This document shows, piece after piece, positions 40,500 through 50,339 of a stretch of 64,000 bases of DNA (position 1 is the stretch's first letter; every line of letters begins with the position of its first letter). Location: positions 480,001-544,000 of the forward strand of contig CAVTRN010000001.1 of NCBI GenBank assembly GCA_963737155.1. Direction: 5' to 3'. This stretch comes from Nitrospirota bacterium. Lineage in GTDB: Bacteria > Nitrospirota > UBA9217. Position numbers and translations under genes: made by a program. The notes below the pieces were generated by a model. That model searched no databases. It saw only the letters and a program-made list of their open reading frames with translations, and was not told the origin of the DNA.

Positions 40500-41411
40500 A
40501 TGATGATATTGAGTCGAGGAACGCTTTTTAAGCGTATTATCAGCGCCACAAGCCATGCGATCTCGACAGGATCCCTATTGCCCATACCGACGAACTATAC
40601 TTTTATCGAGGATGGCGGTATACGCTTCTATATTCGGGTTCTGGCGAGCCTGTCGCGCAAGGATGAGGCCCGGATAAAACAGGAGCATCAGGCGGGTGCC
40701 GGCAAGGCTGTCAATCCATTCCTTCCTCCTGAAAAGAATCTGACGGTGGCGGATATTTCGGAAACTCACCTCGCGATTTTGAACAAATTCAATGTTATGG
40801 AACACCACCTCTTGATCGTCACAAGGCATTTCGAAAATCAGAACATGCTCTTGACACTCTCCGATTTCGAGGCGCTCTGGGCCTGCATGGCGGAATACGA
40901 TGCACTCGGGTTCTACAACGGAGGACGTGAGGCGGGCGCCAGCCAGCAGCATAAGCATCTGCAGCTTGTGCCCTTACCCCTTGCTCCGGAAGGTCCTTTG
41001 GTTCCCGTTGGGCCCCTCCTTGCTGAGGCGCCCGGAGAAGGCATGGGAACGGTACCGGGATTCCCCTTTCTCCATGTCTTTGTGCGGCTGGTTCAAAACC
41101 TCGTTGAATCGCCGCTCGATGCCGCAAGGACGACTTTCTACCTCTACGGTGAAATGCTGCGGAATGCCGGCCTAGCCTCACCGCAAGGTTCGGGCCTCAC
41201 GCTCCAGTCGGCGCCGTACTGTTTTCTGCTAACGCGTGACTGGATGCTTCTTGTCCCCCGGTCAAAAGAATTTTTTGACGGTATCTCGCTCAACTCCCTG
41301 GCTTTTGCCGGATCCTTCTTCGTGCGTGATTACCAGCAGCTGAACCGCTTGAAAAACTTCGGTCCCATGAAAGCACTGAAAAGCGTGGCATTCATGAACA
41401 GGCCTGATTGA
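40500..41411 (+). CDS. ATP adenylyltransferase / Ap4A phosphorylase (APA2-like)
   Basis: NPFLP, LNKFNV..HLLIVT, FYNGG..AGASQ.HKHLQ (HxHxQ), W.LLVPR, NSL.FAG. Confidence 0.9.
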   Translation: MMILSRGTLFKRIISATSHAISTGSLLPIPTNYTFIEDGGIRFYIRVLASLSRKDEARIKQEHQAGAGKAVNPFLPPEKNLTVADISETHLAILNKFNVMEHHLLIVTRHFENQNMLLTLSDFEALWACMAEYDALGFYNGGREAGASQQHKHLQLVPLPLAPEGPLVPVGPLLAEAPGEGMGTVPGFPFLHVFVRLVQNLVESPLDAARTTFYLYGEMLRNAGLASPQGSGLTLQSAPYCFLLTRDWMLLVPRSKEFFDGISLNSLAFAGSFFVRDYQQLNRLKNFGPMKALKSVAFMNRPD

Positions 41412-41667
41412 TTATTTGCCGATGTGTGATAGCGTCAGGAGAGATCCAGCATCAATGCTCTCCCGAAAAACATGGAGAGGACAACGTAATGGACGCGAAG
41501 GAAGCCGGATGGCCTTCTTCCGACATCATTCGTATTTGTCCGGAATCGTTTCTTTTAGCAGTATTTTGACGAAGGAGATTGATTCCCGACAAGCTGGAAC
41601 GACACCTTCTTATGGATTTCTAAAATAGAAGGCAAAAGCTCTATGACGGTGAATCCTCACAAGACTG

Positions 41668-42498
41668 TTATGAAGCGGCTGCCCTTTTCCGGAAGACATA
41701 GAGGACAATCCCTCCGAGCATTGTCAGCGCGCTTAGAATCTGCCCCATGGTAAACGGCCCTATTATAAAGCCAAGCTGGACATCTGGTTGACGAAAGAAT
41801 TCCGCGATGATTCTGAACAGGCCATACAATATAAGAAAGGCAGCAGTCATGGCGCCGGGCACATGTTTTCTGTTTTTCAGCAGCCAGAGAAGGGTAAAAA
41901 GCAGAACTCCTTCGAGTGCAAATTCATAAAGCTGCGACGGATGGCGGGGAAGCGGCCCTCCTTCGGGGAAAACCATGGCCCAAGGCACATTCGTCACCCG
42001 GCCAAACAGCTCCCCGTTGATAAAGTTCCCAAGCCTTCCCAGCCCCAGACCAATGGGAGCTGTTACAATGATCAGATCGGCCGCCTGCCAGAAGTCGACA
42101 CGGTATTTACGGCAGCACAGGTAGCCTGCCACAAGAGAACCTATCATGCCGCCATGAAAAGACATCCCTCCATGCCAGACTGCTATCATTTCAAACGGAT
42201 TTTTTACATAATTCGACAAATCATAAAACAGAATATAACCCAAGCGTGCGCCGAGAATCAGCCCTATAATCAAATAGGTGTATATTGCATCGAGAAATTC
42301 GTCCGGAATTTCTTTGGTTGCTGAGTTCCTGCCCTTCGCTTTGCCGCCAGGCTGGGAGCCTTGCCTTATTTTTTTCAACTGATATTTCACGAGTACGTAG
42401 GAAGAAGCAAAGCCGACAGCGTACATGAGCCCGTACCATCGAAGTGCAACAGGCCCTATGCGAACAATTTCCGGGTTGATGTGTGGATAGGGTATCAT
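41668..42498 (-). CDS. lgt: Prolipoprotein diacylglyceryl transferase
   Basis: RWYGLMY, GGMSFHGG, GRLGNFINGEL.GR, HPSQLYE, EFFRQPD. Confidence 0.97.
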   Translation of the reverse strand: MIPYPHINPEIVRIGPVALRWYGLMYAVGFASSYVLVKYQLKKIRQGSQPGGKAKGRNSATKEIPDEFLDAIYTYLIIGLILGARLGYILFYDLSNYVKNPFEMIAVWHGGMSFHGGMIGSLVAGYLCCRKYRVDFWQAADLIIVTAPIGLGLGRLGNFINGELFGRVTNVPWAMVFPEGGPLPRHPSQLYEFALEGVLLFTLLWLLKNRKHVPGAMTAAFLILYGLFRIIAEFFRQPDVQLGFIIGPFTMGQILSALTMLGGIVLYVFRKRAAAS

Positions 42499-42772
42499 TC
42501 ATGAGCTCCTTAATTTTCCAATGAATAAAATTGTCTTCGAAATCCATTATACAGCAAACCTTAAATAGGACAAAGGTATATATGTTAAAATGCGCAGCAT
42601 TGGCCTGCTCAGTACAGATATAATCCTGCTACACTTAGAATATAAACAGGATATTATTTGCCCTGATTAACAATATTGGCACGGTTCCATCAAGGGTGCT
42701 GATTTTCTGCGACGGGAACGTGAGAGTTGCAACTGTGCGAAGAGATAACCTGCGCAGAAGGATCAAAGGAGG

Positions 42773-43597
42773 TTGACGATGAACGCGCAGAAGGAAACAA
42801 TGAAACAAACATACATTCCGCACGTTACCGCAGCCGATGCCGTTACATGGGCCGGCCTGGTCCTGTCCCTGCTTGGCGGCGCCACGGCCGTGCTTGCGGG
42901 ACCGGGAAGTAGATGGGGTTGGTGGCATTTTACTGTTGGATTCACGATTTTGCAGGTCGGTGCCATTACCGGTATTGCAGCAGCAGTGGTTTCGCTGGTT
43001 GGAGGAATCGCTATAAGGCGTGAACACCATCCATCGCTGATCGTCGTCGCAGCCGTCGGAATCATTATCGGACTCGTCAGTGCAGGGATTCCGTGGTCAT
43101 GGATGCGTATCGCGAAACAGATGCCGCGCATCAATGATATTTCAACAGACATGACGAATCCGCCCCAGTTCGTCAAGATCATGCCGCTGAGGCAAAGTAT
43201 TGATGCTCCGACTGCCTATGGCGGCGCCAGGGTTGCGAACCAGCAGCGCGCATCCTATCCCGATATAAGGCCCCTCATTCTGCCGGTGTCGCCGATTATG
43301 GCATTCAATTCCGCGCTCAGGGAGGCGGAGGACAGGGGCTGGCAGATCGTGAACGCCGATGCTTCGAAAGGAACCATCGAAGCGGTGGCCACAACCTTCT
43401 GGTTCGGCTTCAAGGATGATGTGGTTGTCAGGATCACACCTGCATCCGGCGGGAGCAGAGTCGATATGCGCTCCGTATCGCGTGTGGGGAGAGGTGATAT
43501 CGGGACTAATGCAAAGCGAATCAGATCATATCTCCTGAATCTTGCAAAGACTAGCATTGTCGATAATAATTACACTTCCTTCGAAGGTGGTTACTAA
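42773..43597 (+). CDS. DUF1499-domain membrane protein
   Basis: Three TMs; PRINDISTD..NPPQF, YPDIRPL, IEAVATTFWFGFKDDVVVR, DMRSVSRVG.GD.G.NA.RI. Confidence 0.85.
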   Translation: MTMNAQKETMKQTYIPHVTAADAVTWAGLVLSLLGGATAVLAGPGSRWGWWHFTVGFTILQVGAITGIAAAVVSLVGGIAIRREHHPSLIVVAAVGIIIGLVSAGIPWSWMRIAKQMPRINDISTDMTNPPQFVKIMPLRQSIDAPTAYGGARVANQQRASYPDIRPLILPVSPIMAFNSALREAEDRGWQIVNADASKGTIEAVATTFWFGFKDDVVVRITPASGGSRVDMRSVSRVGRGDIGTNAKRIRSYLLNLAKTSIVDNNYTSFEGGY

Positions 43598-44187
43598 GGG
43601 AATTGAACCAGCATGTCGGGTTGGTTTTCAGGCAGGTTGGCGGAAATAAGCTGTTTCACTTTTTGAAAATCCTTGAGAAACAGCTTTTTCCCTTTAGGGA
43701 AGCGCATAGCATAAGCGGGATGAAAGGTGATAAGATGTATTCTCCCGTTTTTCTCCACTATTTTCCCGTGTTCGCGTAAAATTTCCTTCTTGCTACCAAG
43801 GAGTGCGGTGCATGCGGTATTCCCGAGAAGGACGACGATCTTAGGATCGATGATTTCAAGTTGTTTAAATAAGTGTGTTCTGCCGTGGAGGATCGTTTCT
43901 TTTGAGGGAGTGCCGCGCAGGGGAAGATAGTGGCCAGGGCTGGTGATGAAGATATCGTCTTCCGTAAGGCCGATTTCCCCTATCCTCTCCCGCAGGAATT
44001 TTCCCGAACGCCCGACAAAAGGCCGTCCGGTCTTTGCCTCTTCTTTTCCTGGCGCCTCGCCGACGAAGACGACCCGCGCGTCGGGGTTTCCTTCTCCAGG
44101 AACTGCCTTGCCGATGCCGCCTTTCTTGCATAAAGGACAGGCAATGATTTCAGAGGCGATCTTCGCGAGAGCCGTTTCTTTTCTCAT
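43594..44187 (-). CDS. Uracil-DNA glycosylase family 4-like protein (variant)
   Basis: CPLC, VGEAPG..E..TGRPFVGRSG, LLGNTA, TFHPA. Confidence 0.88.
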   Translation of the reverse strand: MRKETALAKIASEIIACPLCKKGGIGKAVPGEGNPDARVVFVGEAPGKEEAKTGRPFVGRSGKFLRERIGEIGLTEDDIFITSPGHYLPLRGTPSKETILHGRTHLFKQLEIIDPKIVVLLGNTACTALLGSKKEILREHGKIVEKNGRIHLITFHPAYAMRFPKGKKLFLKDFQKVKQLISANLPENQPDMLVQFP

Positions 44188-44246
44188 GCACTGATTATAC
44201 TCCAGGAAGACGGTAACAATAGTGGAAAAACCACTTTCGCTTCGTA

Positions 44247-45560
44247 TCAAACCTTTACATGCAACATCGGCAGTTTCAGCCGCTGCCGTTTGTTCTCACC
44301 CTTAAACAGAATCGCCCGTCGCACGGGAATATCTCCCCGCGCGCCTTCGTGCTGGGCCTGCAGCTTCGTAGGTAGGCTTGCCGCGTGCTGAATCGTGTGT
44401 TTTCCGAACTTTTGGGAAATCCGGTCGACACTCTCATAAATCTTCGCCATCTTTTCGATCTTCGTCGTATCGTCGAATAGACTGTACTGCATGCTCTTTT
44501 CCTCGACCAATCCCCCAAGCACAACCCCGGTTTGGCGGTAGAGCGACGTGGGCTGAAATAAGTGCCCAAAACCTTCCCGCAGCAGTTCAAAAAGCTCGAC
44601 CGGATAGGCCGTGGACCGTGTGAGCTTCAGTTCCACGCCACTGCCCGTAAAATCCTGTTTCCGGAGAAAGATGATGATCCGCGAGGCAGCAAGACGATAA
44701 CGCCGCGCCTTGATGCAGGCGTTTTCCAGATTCTTCGCGAGCTGCGCGAACACAAAGGTTTCATCCGATGAAGCCGGTGTGAAAGTTTTTGCCTTGCTGA
44801 TGGACTGGTAGCTGTTCTTCGTCTCAGTGGTAACGGGATAAATGCTCCTGCCGTTCAACTCGTTCCATATCTCCTGATAAGGCTTGGACAGGTGCTTTTT
44901 AACGAACGCTTCGTCCTTGCGCGCAAACTGAAGAGCTGTCGTGATGCCGCATTTGTTCAAAAAAGCCGCAGTGTTCGGCCCGATACCCCAGACCTTCTCC
45001 ACAGGCAGCTTTTCCAGGAAGAGATGGATCTCGCGGCCCGGAATCATCGTGATCCCGTGCGGCTTCCTGTGCTTTGATCCGATCTTGGACAGGACCTTCG
45101 AGAGGCTCACGCCGACGGATACGGAGAGCCCCAGCTCCTGCTGGATCGTTTCCTGCATTGTTTCAGCAATCTGCTCATAGGATCTGTGGAAACTCCTTCG
45201 CAGTCCCGTGAGATCAACAAAAGCCTCGTCAATGGAATACTCTTCCACATCGGGAGAGAAGCGGCGAAGGATTTCGAACATGCGGACCGAGAACAGGCTG
45301 TACGTTTCGTAGTCCGACGGCAGGATCACGGCATCGGGACAAATCTTCTTAACATCCGAAAGCCGCACTCCGCGCTGCACGCCGCGCGCCTTGGCCTCAT
45401 AGCTCGCGGCGGCAACGATTCCGCGTTCCTTGCCCGTGATCACCGGCCTTCCCCGGAGTTCCGGATGTATCGCCTGTTCGCAGGAGGCGAAAAATGCGTC
45501 AGCATCGAGGTGTAGGATCGCACAGGGCCAGGATGAGAGGGAGATAAATTGGTTGTCCAT
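44247..45560 (-). CDS. dinB: Y-family DNA polymerase IV (DinB/UmuC-like)
   Basis: HLDADAFFASCE, AASYEAKARGV, YSIDEAFVD, VWGIGP. Confidence 0.9.
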   Translation of the reverse strand: MDNQFISLSSWPCAILHLDADAFFASCEQAIHPELRGRPVITGKERGIVAAASYEAKARGVQRGVRLSDVKKICPDAVILPSDYETYSLFSVRMFEILRRFSPDVEEYSIDEAFVDLTGLRRSFHRSYEQIAETMQETIQQELGLSVSVGVSLSKVLSKIGSKHRKPHGITMIPGREIHLFLEKLPVEKVWGIGPNTAAFLNKCGITTALQFARKDEAFVKKHLSKPYQEIWNELNGRSIYPVTTETKNSYQSISKAKTFTPASSDETFVFAQLAKNLENACIKARRYRLAASRIIIFLRKQDFTGSGVELKLTRSTAYPVELFELLREGFGHLFQPTSLYRQTGVVLGGLVEEKSMQYSLFDDTTKIEKMAKIYESVDRISQKFGKHTIQHAASLPTKLQAQHEGARGDIPVRRAILFKGENKRQRLKLPMLHVKV

Positions 45561-45586
45561 AGGAAATCCAGAAAAAGAAAATATCG

Positions 45587-45727
45587 GCCACGGATTGACA
45601 CGATTAACACGAATGAAAATATTTTGGCTGTCATTCCTGCATAAGCAGCTGTCGACTCGGCGAAAACCGGGGTCCAGGGTTTGTTGATTTTCTGGAATGA
45701 CTGGCTTCCTGCCTTCGCCGGAATGAC
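45587..45727. repeat. Composite interspersed repeats: 9-mer array plus palindromic REP-like unit
   Basis: cacggattg/acacgatta/acacgaatg (45588-45614); gtcgactcggcgaaaaccggggtccag...ctggcttcctgccttcgccggaatgac (45651-45727). Confidence 0.65.
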
Positions 45728-45741
45728 GGCAGCACAATCTA

Positions 45742-46230
45742 TTATTTATATTTTCGCACCACCGCTGTCACCACGCCGGCGATCTTGAGCTCGCGCTTCG
45801 GCTTCACCGGTCTATAGCGCGGATTCGCGGGCACAAGATAAACGGCATCGCCGCTCTTCTTCAGGTACTTCATGGTCCACTCGCCGTCCACCTCGGCGAT
45901 GACGATGTCGCCGCTCTTCCCTGTCTGGCCCCGGTCGACAATGACCAGGTCTCCCGGCAGAATGCCGGCGCCGGCCATAGAATCGCCGGACACTTTGAGT
46001 AGGAAGGACGCGTCGGGATTCTCAACCAGGAATTCGTCGAGAGACAGCGTGTCGCGCAGTTCCTCCTCGGCGGGACTCGGGAACCCGGCTTCCACCAGCC
46101 CCAGAAGCCGGTAAGACTGAGACCCGGCAAGCGGAATCTCCCTCGTACCCTCATCCGCCCTCAGGGCGGCGACATCTTCAAGAGCATGAACAACCTGCAG
46201 GGAGACAGCACTTGTTTGCATGACGGCCAT
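45742..46230 (-). CDS. UmuD/LexA-type S24 autopeptidase without HTH
   Basis: VEAG/FPSPA cleavage site, VSGDSM, IAEVDGEWTMK; no N-terminal DNA-binding domain; start uncertain. Confidence 0.88.
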   Translation of the reverse strand: MAVMQTSAVSLQVVHALEDVAALRADEGTREIPLAGSQSYRLLGLVEAGFPSPAEEELRDTLSLDEFLVENPDASFLLKVSGDSMAGAGILPGDLVIVDRGQTGKSGDIVIAEVDGEWTMKYLKKSGDAVYLVPANPRYRPVKPKRELKIAGVVTAVVRKYK

Positions 46231-46279
46231 CTTCTTTCTGTGAGGCAAAAATCAGGAAACAGCTTTTCGGCGTAATTCC

Positions 46280-46309
46280 ATTATAGGTGATCATATGTAT
46301 ACTTGTCAA
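46280..46309 (-). promoter_or_regulatory. sigma70 promoter with candidate LexA box in the spacer
   Basis: TTGACA-N18-TATAAT; spacer palindrome GGTGATCATATGTATACT (46286-46303) resembles GGTT-N2-C-N4-G-N3-ACC. Confidence 0.7.
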
Positions 46310-46700
46310 GTGCTTATATTCTGGGGCAGGGACCCCTTTTCGTCCTTGACTTCTTTTCATAAGAGCGTGATTATAGCTCGTTTCGTGCCGGCAGGTTCAT
46401 TGATCCCGTCCTCGTTTCGTTACCTCCCACATTATCTGCACGCAACCCTGAAAAGCGACAAAGACGGCCTTGAAATTCTTGTTTATTCCCACCTGTAAAT
46501 CAAATGCCAGACGGGTTGATGGGGTTGATAAAGAAATATGTTTCGATTCCATAAGCCGTGGCAGCAGGCCCAAAGTATGAATCCATGCGCGAATGAACGT
46601 TTATTTTCCCTTTTTTTGCTCTCCCGCTGGTAACTGAGAACCTTTCATTCCCTTACCGTGCTATGATAAATAATAGGACGAGGCAATAAGGGGGGCGGAA

Positions 46701-47231
46701 TTGGATCGTGCTAGTCTTTGCCGTGGAATTGTACTTTTAACTTTATTTTTTGGTTTTCTTTCAGTCGGAGAGGGCAAGATTATGAGTACGTTAAAAATAA
46801 GCAGTCCGGTTTTCGCACACAACAGCCACATTCCGCCGAAATATACATGTGATGGAGCGGACATTAATCCGCCATTGCTCATAGAGAACGTTCCGATAGG
46901 AGCCAAGTCTCTGGCCCTGATCGTTGACGATCCGGATGCGCCACGCGGCACATGGGTGCACTGGGTAGTGTGGAACATAGCGCCCGACACAGGGAAAATC
47001 GAGGAGCATTCCTTACCTGCCCACGCCAGCCAAGGTGTGAACGACTTCAAAAAACGTACCTATGGCGGTCCTTGCCCGCCATCGGGAACACACCGCTACT
47101 TTTTCAAGCTTTATGTACTCGATACAATGCTGAATCTGGCCCCGGGGACGGACAAGGCCGGCCTGGAGAAGGCCATGCATGGACACATGCTCGGGCAGGC
47201 TGAGTTGATCGGGCTCTATGCAAGGAAATAA
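46701..47231 (+). CDS. YbhB/YbcL (PEBP) family protein
   Basis: YTCDG...NPPL, DDPDAP.GTWVHW, YGGPCPPSGTHRYFF. Confidence 0.92.
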   Translation: MDRASLCRGIVLLTLFFGFLSVGEGKIMSTLKISSPVFAHNSHIPPKYTCDGADINPPLLIENVPIGAKSLALIVDDPDAPRGTWVHWVVWNIAPDTGKIEEHSLPAHASQGVNDFKKRTYGGPCPPSGTHRYFFKLYVLDTMLNLAPGTDKAGLEKAMHGHMLGQAELIGLYARK

Positions 47232-47464
47232 TTGTGGAGTGCCGACTGTCAAAAAAAGTATTATTAATTATCAGCGTGAGTGCCACCTGACTCATTATCG
47301 GATTTATTATCTGCTTGTCCCGGTTATATTTTGAGGAGCATCTCTGTTTTATGCGGAAGCCGCGTTCCACGGAATGACCTTTGAATCTCGCAGTCTTCTC
47401 TCGACGATCCGTCGGATACTCGATCCCAAAGCGGTGGCCTCCCGTCGGCGTCTGATCACCGCGT

Positions 47465-47728
47465 TTATCGCAATTTACCGCTCATCTTGTAGATATAAGC
47501 AAGAATCTCAGCTACGGCTTTGTAAAGCTCCGGGGGGATTTCCTCATAAAGATCGAGGGTCGAGAGAATCTCAACCATGTTGCGGTCCTCACGAATGGGA
47601 ACGCCGTGGTGACGAGCAAGTGCGATTATTTTCTCCGCAACCAGTCCCCGCCCCTTCGCGACAAGAGAAGGCGCCGAGTCGCCGGAACGATACTTGAGTG
47701 CGACCGCTTTGTTCAGTTCATTTTTCAT
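47465..47728 (-). CDS. FlhB C-terminal-like (EscU/YscU family) small protein
   Basis: AVALKY...AP.LVAKGRG.VAEKII..A....VPI, IPPELYKAVAEIL. Confidence 0.92.
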   Translation of the reverse strand: MKNELNKAVALKYRSGDSAPSLVAKGRGLVAEKIIALARHHGVPIREDRNMVEILSTLDLYEEIPPELYKAVAEILAYIYKMSGKLR

Positions 47729-48801
47729 ATGTGGATATTGAGCCCTCCTGCCTCGGAGAGACGAGGATCAATTTGGGATTCATGACGCATCGTAAAGCCG
47801 CCCAGCGTTATGCCCAGCGCCTCAAACTGCCGGGCCAATTGCTCACTATTATCCTGAAGGATTTCCGAAAACTTTCCGTCTTCCGCAATCATATCCACAT
47901 AGACCTTTCCCGCCTGAAGCAGTACGCCTGCACTTATCCGACCAATGTTCTCGAGATCGAGATTTATTGTACACAAATAGGACTCTTCTCCTGGCCCTTC
48001 CCTCCCCGATTCCCTGAATATGAGTTCACCGTTTTTCAGATTCTGCCAGGCAAAAGGAACAAAAACCTGCAGCGTGTCACTTAGTTTCGACTGCAATTGA
48101 AGCATTTCGGTATTCTTAAGAAGATTGTCTACTGCTGCGGTAAGCCGATCTGTCTGAACGCCACTTTGCAACAATCGTCCGACCAGATCTTTATCTCCGA
48201 GCGCTTCTTGAAGAGACAGGAGCGCTGCTTTCATGTCGTTATTAACGAGATCCTGTATTTTGCCGTTTACCGTGGGGCTGTCCTGCTCCGGTTCGCTGAG
48301 TAGAAGACGGAGCTTTGTCTCAAAAAAAACCCCGGAACCCTCCACCGCGCTTTTCAGGACATTGCCGGACAGTACTTCAACTGAGGGCATCAGCTTTTCA
48401 AGGATATTCAATCCGGGCAGGGTTTGCATGATCTCTTCGGACGCGTTCGCGATGAACGATGTGAGTATCTCAATGTCATTGGATGCCGGCTCAAGACCTT
48501 TGAGCGTATCCAGGGCTGCAAGGATGGCACTTTTAAACGATCCTGGCGACCCATCGTTGCCCTGAAGAACCCGCAACTGAATATCCTGACCTGTCTGTTC
48601 AACAAGAAGAGACAAAACCTCTCCTTCCTTAAGCGGAAGGTTCGTCCTTGCCTCAATAACTGAATTTTTCATCCTGATGGCTACAGCGGTTTCGGTGACA
48701 GTTAGAACCTCGGCCTGCACGGTCTCTCCCGTTTGCAATGCGATTACGTTTTTCTGGGTCACCTGTACGGTGGATTCCTGCGGTAGGGGGGGTATTTGCA
48801 T
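47725..48801 (-). CDS. FliK-like flagellar hook-length control protein
   Basis: SGVFFETKL, DMKAALL, C-terminal LDLENIGRI.A.V; overlaps the FlhB-C gene. Confidence 0.7.
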   Translation of the reverse strand: MQIPPLPQESTVQVTQKNVIALQTGETVQAEVLTVTETAVAIRMKNSVIEARTNLPLKEGEVLSLLVEQTGQDIQLRVLQGNDGSPGSFKSAILAALDTLKGLEPASNDIEILTSFIANASEEIMQTLPGLNILEKLMPSVEVLSGNVLKSAVEGSGVFFETKLRLLLSEPEQDSPTVNGKIQDLVNNDMKAALLSLQEALGDKDLVGRLLQSGVQTDRLTAAVDNLLKNTEMLQLQSKLSDTLQVFVPFAWQNLKNGELIFRESGREGPGEESYLCTINLDLENIGRISAGVLLQAGKVYVDMIAEDGKFSEILQDNSEQLARQFEALGITLGGFTMRHESQIDPRLSEAGGLNIHI

Positions 48802-48933
48802 AATCGTTACGATCTCATGACATTCTCAATCCGACATCCTTTGAAGGAGCGCGGCAGTCCGCGAAGGCATTGACACGGTAAATACGGAGCAATAATACTC
48901 GAGCTTGAAGAGCGGCAGAACGCTGACTCGTGC

Positions 48934-50175
48934 CTATACTATTAATGAAATCCCGTTGTACTCGTCCGCCGAAGAATCCATGGCATTACCATAGGCATCT
49001 TTGCCATTAAACTGAAAATCGATATGGGACGGATCGATAGTTCCGTTTGCACTTGCATTCTGATTGATCAGAAAGGAAACCGTGGCCGTGCCGGCGGTCG
49101 AATCATAGACTACGTTGAGAGGAACCGGGGATATTGCTACATCCGCCTGCGGGGCGGGCAAACCCCAGTCATATGCGCCGCCGGGAGTGGTTGCCGTCGA
49201 CTTGCTTATTGACCAATTAGTGGGATTCTGGACGGAGTTAGCATCCATTGGCTTATTGAAAACAAATACCATATTCATGACCGCTGTCGCGTTCGGAGAC
49301 GTTAGTGTTGAGTTCAGTTCGTCGATCGGAGTATTGGGTCCGAGGGATGAAAGAAATCCATCTGACGAATAGGCCTCCGTTATTTGCGGCTTCTCAACTT
49401 TGGTCATATAGGCGGTCAGAACCGGCGCAAGGTTCGGCGCATGAACATTGAGATAATTCTCCTGGTCCTGAGCATCATTCGTATCGCCGAGATCAGCGTA
49501 GGCTTCTCCCAGATCGACATGGACATCGGTAAAATCGGGACTCAGGCTGGTAACTTTTTCAAAAGCATTAATCGCATCCTGCTGATCTCCTTCTTTACTG
49601 TAAGTCTGCCCCAGTGCGTAATATCCCCCATATTGTGTTGGCTCCATGTTAATAACGTGCTTAAACGTCTTTTCGGCGTCCTGCGTGTCTCCGGTGGCCA
49701 GATAGACCTCGCCGAGGGAGTAGAGGTCCGCGGAAGAGGTGGGACTAATTTTGACGGCAGCTTGATAATCCTTTTCCGCATCGCTGAAGTCCTTCTGACC
49801 GTAATAAATATTGCCAAGCTGGATATAAGCGTTATCGTCGTCCGGCGATATGGCGAGGGATGACTGGTAAGCTTTTATTGCCTCATTAGTGTTGCCCTGA
49901 GCTATATACGTATTTGCTAAAAGATTATAGGCCTGCGGGGCGTCAGACGGCGAAGGATCAAGTGCAATTGCCATGTTAAAATCCTTCTCCGCAGTGCTAT
50001 AATTCCCATTTGAATATAAAGTCGCACCTTGAGACATTGCAGCCTTTGCCACCGAGGTCATCTGTGACTGCTGGGTTGACGCTGACAACGCTGAGAATAA
50101 GTTATTGATCGAAGTTGATGAACTTATCCCGAGATTTTGATAAGTAGAGGTTGCGCTTAAACTTGTGACTGTCAT
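48934..50175 (-). CDS. Acidic Ser/Thr-rich TPR protein with C-terminal beta-rich domain
   Basis: About 6 TPR units (AYNLLA, AYIQLG, LYSLGE, YYALGQ); C-terminal FNKPMD..SV...NW. Confidence 0.8.
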   Translation of the reverse strand: MTVTSLSATSTYQNLGISSSTSINNLFSALSASTQQSQMTSVAKAAMSQGATLYSNGNYSTAEKDFNMAIALDPSPSDAPQAYNLLANTYIAQGNTNEAIKAYQSSLAISPDDDNAYIQLGNIYYGQKDFSDAEKDYQAAVKISPTSSADLYSLGEVYLATGDTQDAEKTFKHVINMEPTQYGGYYALGQTYSKEGDQQDAINAFEKVTSLSPDFTDVHVDLGEAYADLGDTNDAQDQENYLNVHAPNLAPVLTAYMTKVEKPQITEAYSSDGFLSSLGPNTPIDELNSTLTSPNATAVMNMVFVFNKPMDANSVQNPTNWSISKSTATTPGGAYDWGLPAPQADVAISPVPLNVVYDSTAGTATVSFLINQNASANGTIDPSHIDFQFNGKDAYGNAMDSSADEYNGISLIV

Positions 50176-50339
50176 GTCCTGACACCTCAGAAGCTGTTAA
50201 AAAAATAATAGATGTGCGAATTTCTGATAAAAACAACTAATAAATTCAAGTGTGAAATTTCTCTAAATTCGCATAAACTGAATTAATTCATAGCAACTCA
50301 GTAGTTGCATCTGCGGCTATCTTCCCCATTTCATATATT

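Noticed and set aside
46377-46420. Direct repeat ctcgtttcgt x2, possible hammerhead GAAAC
   Set aside because: No CUGANGA core and only two copies.
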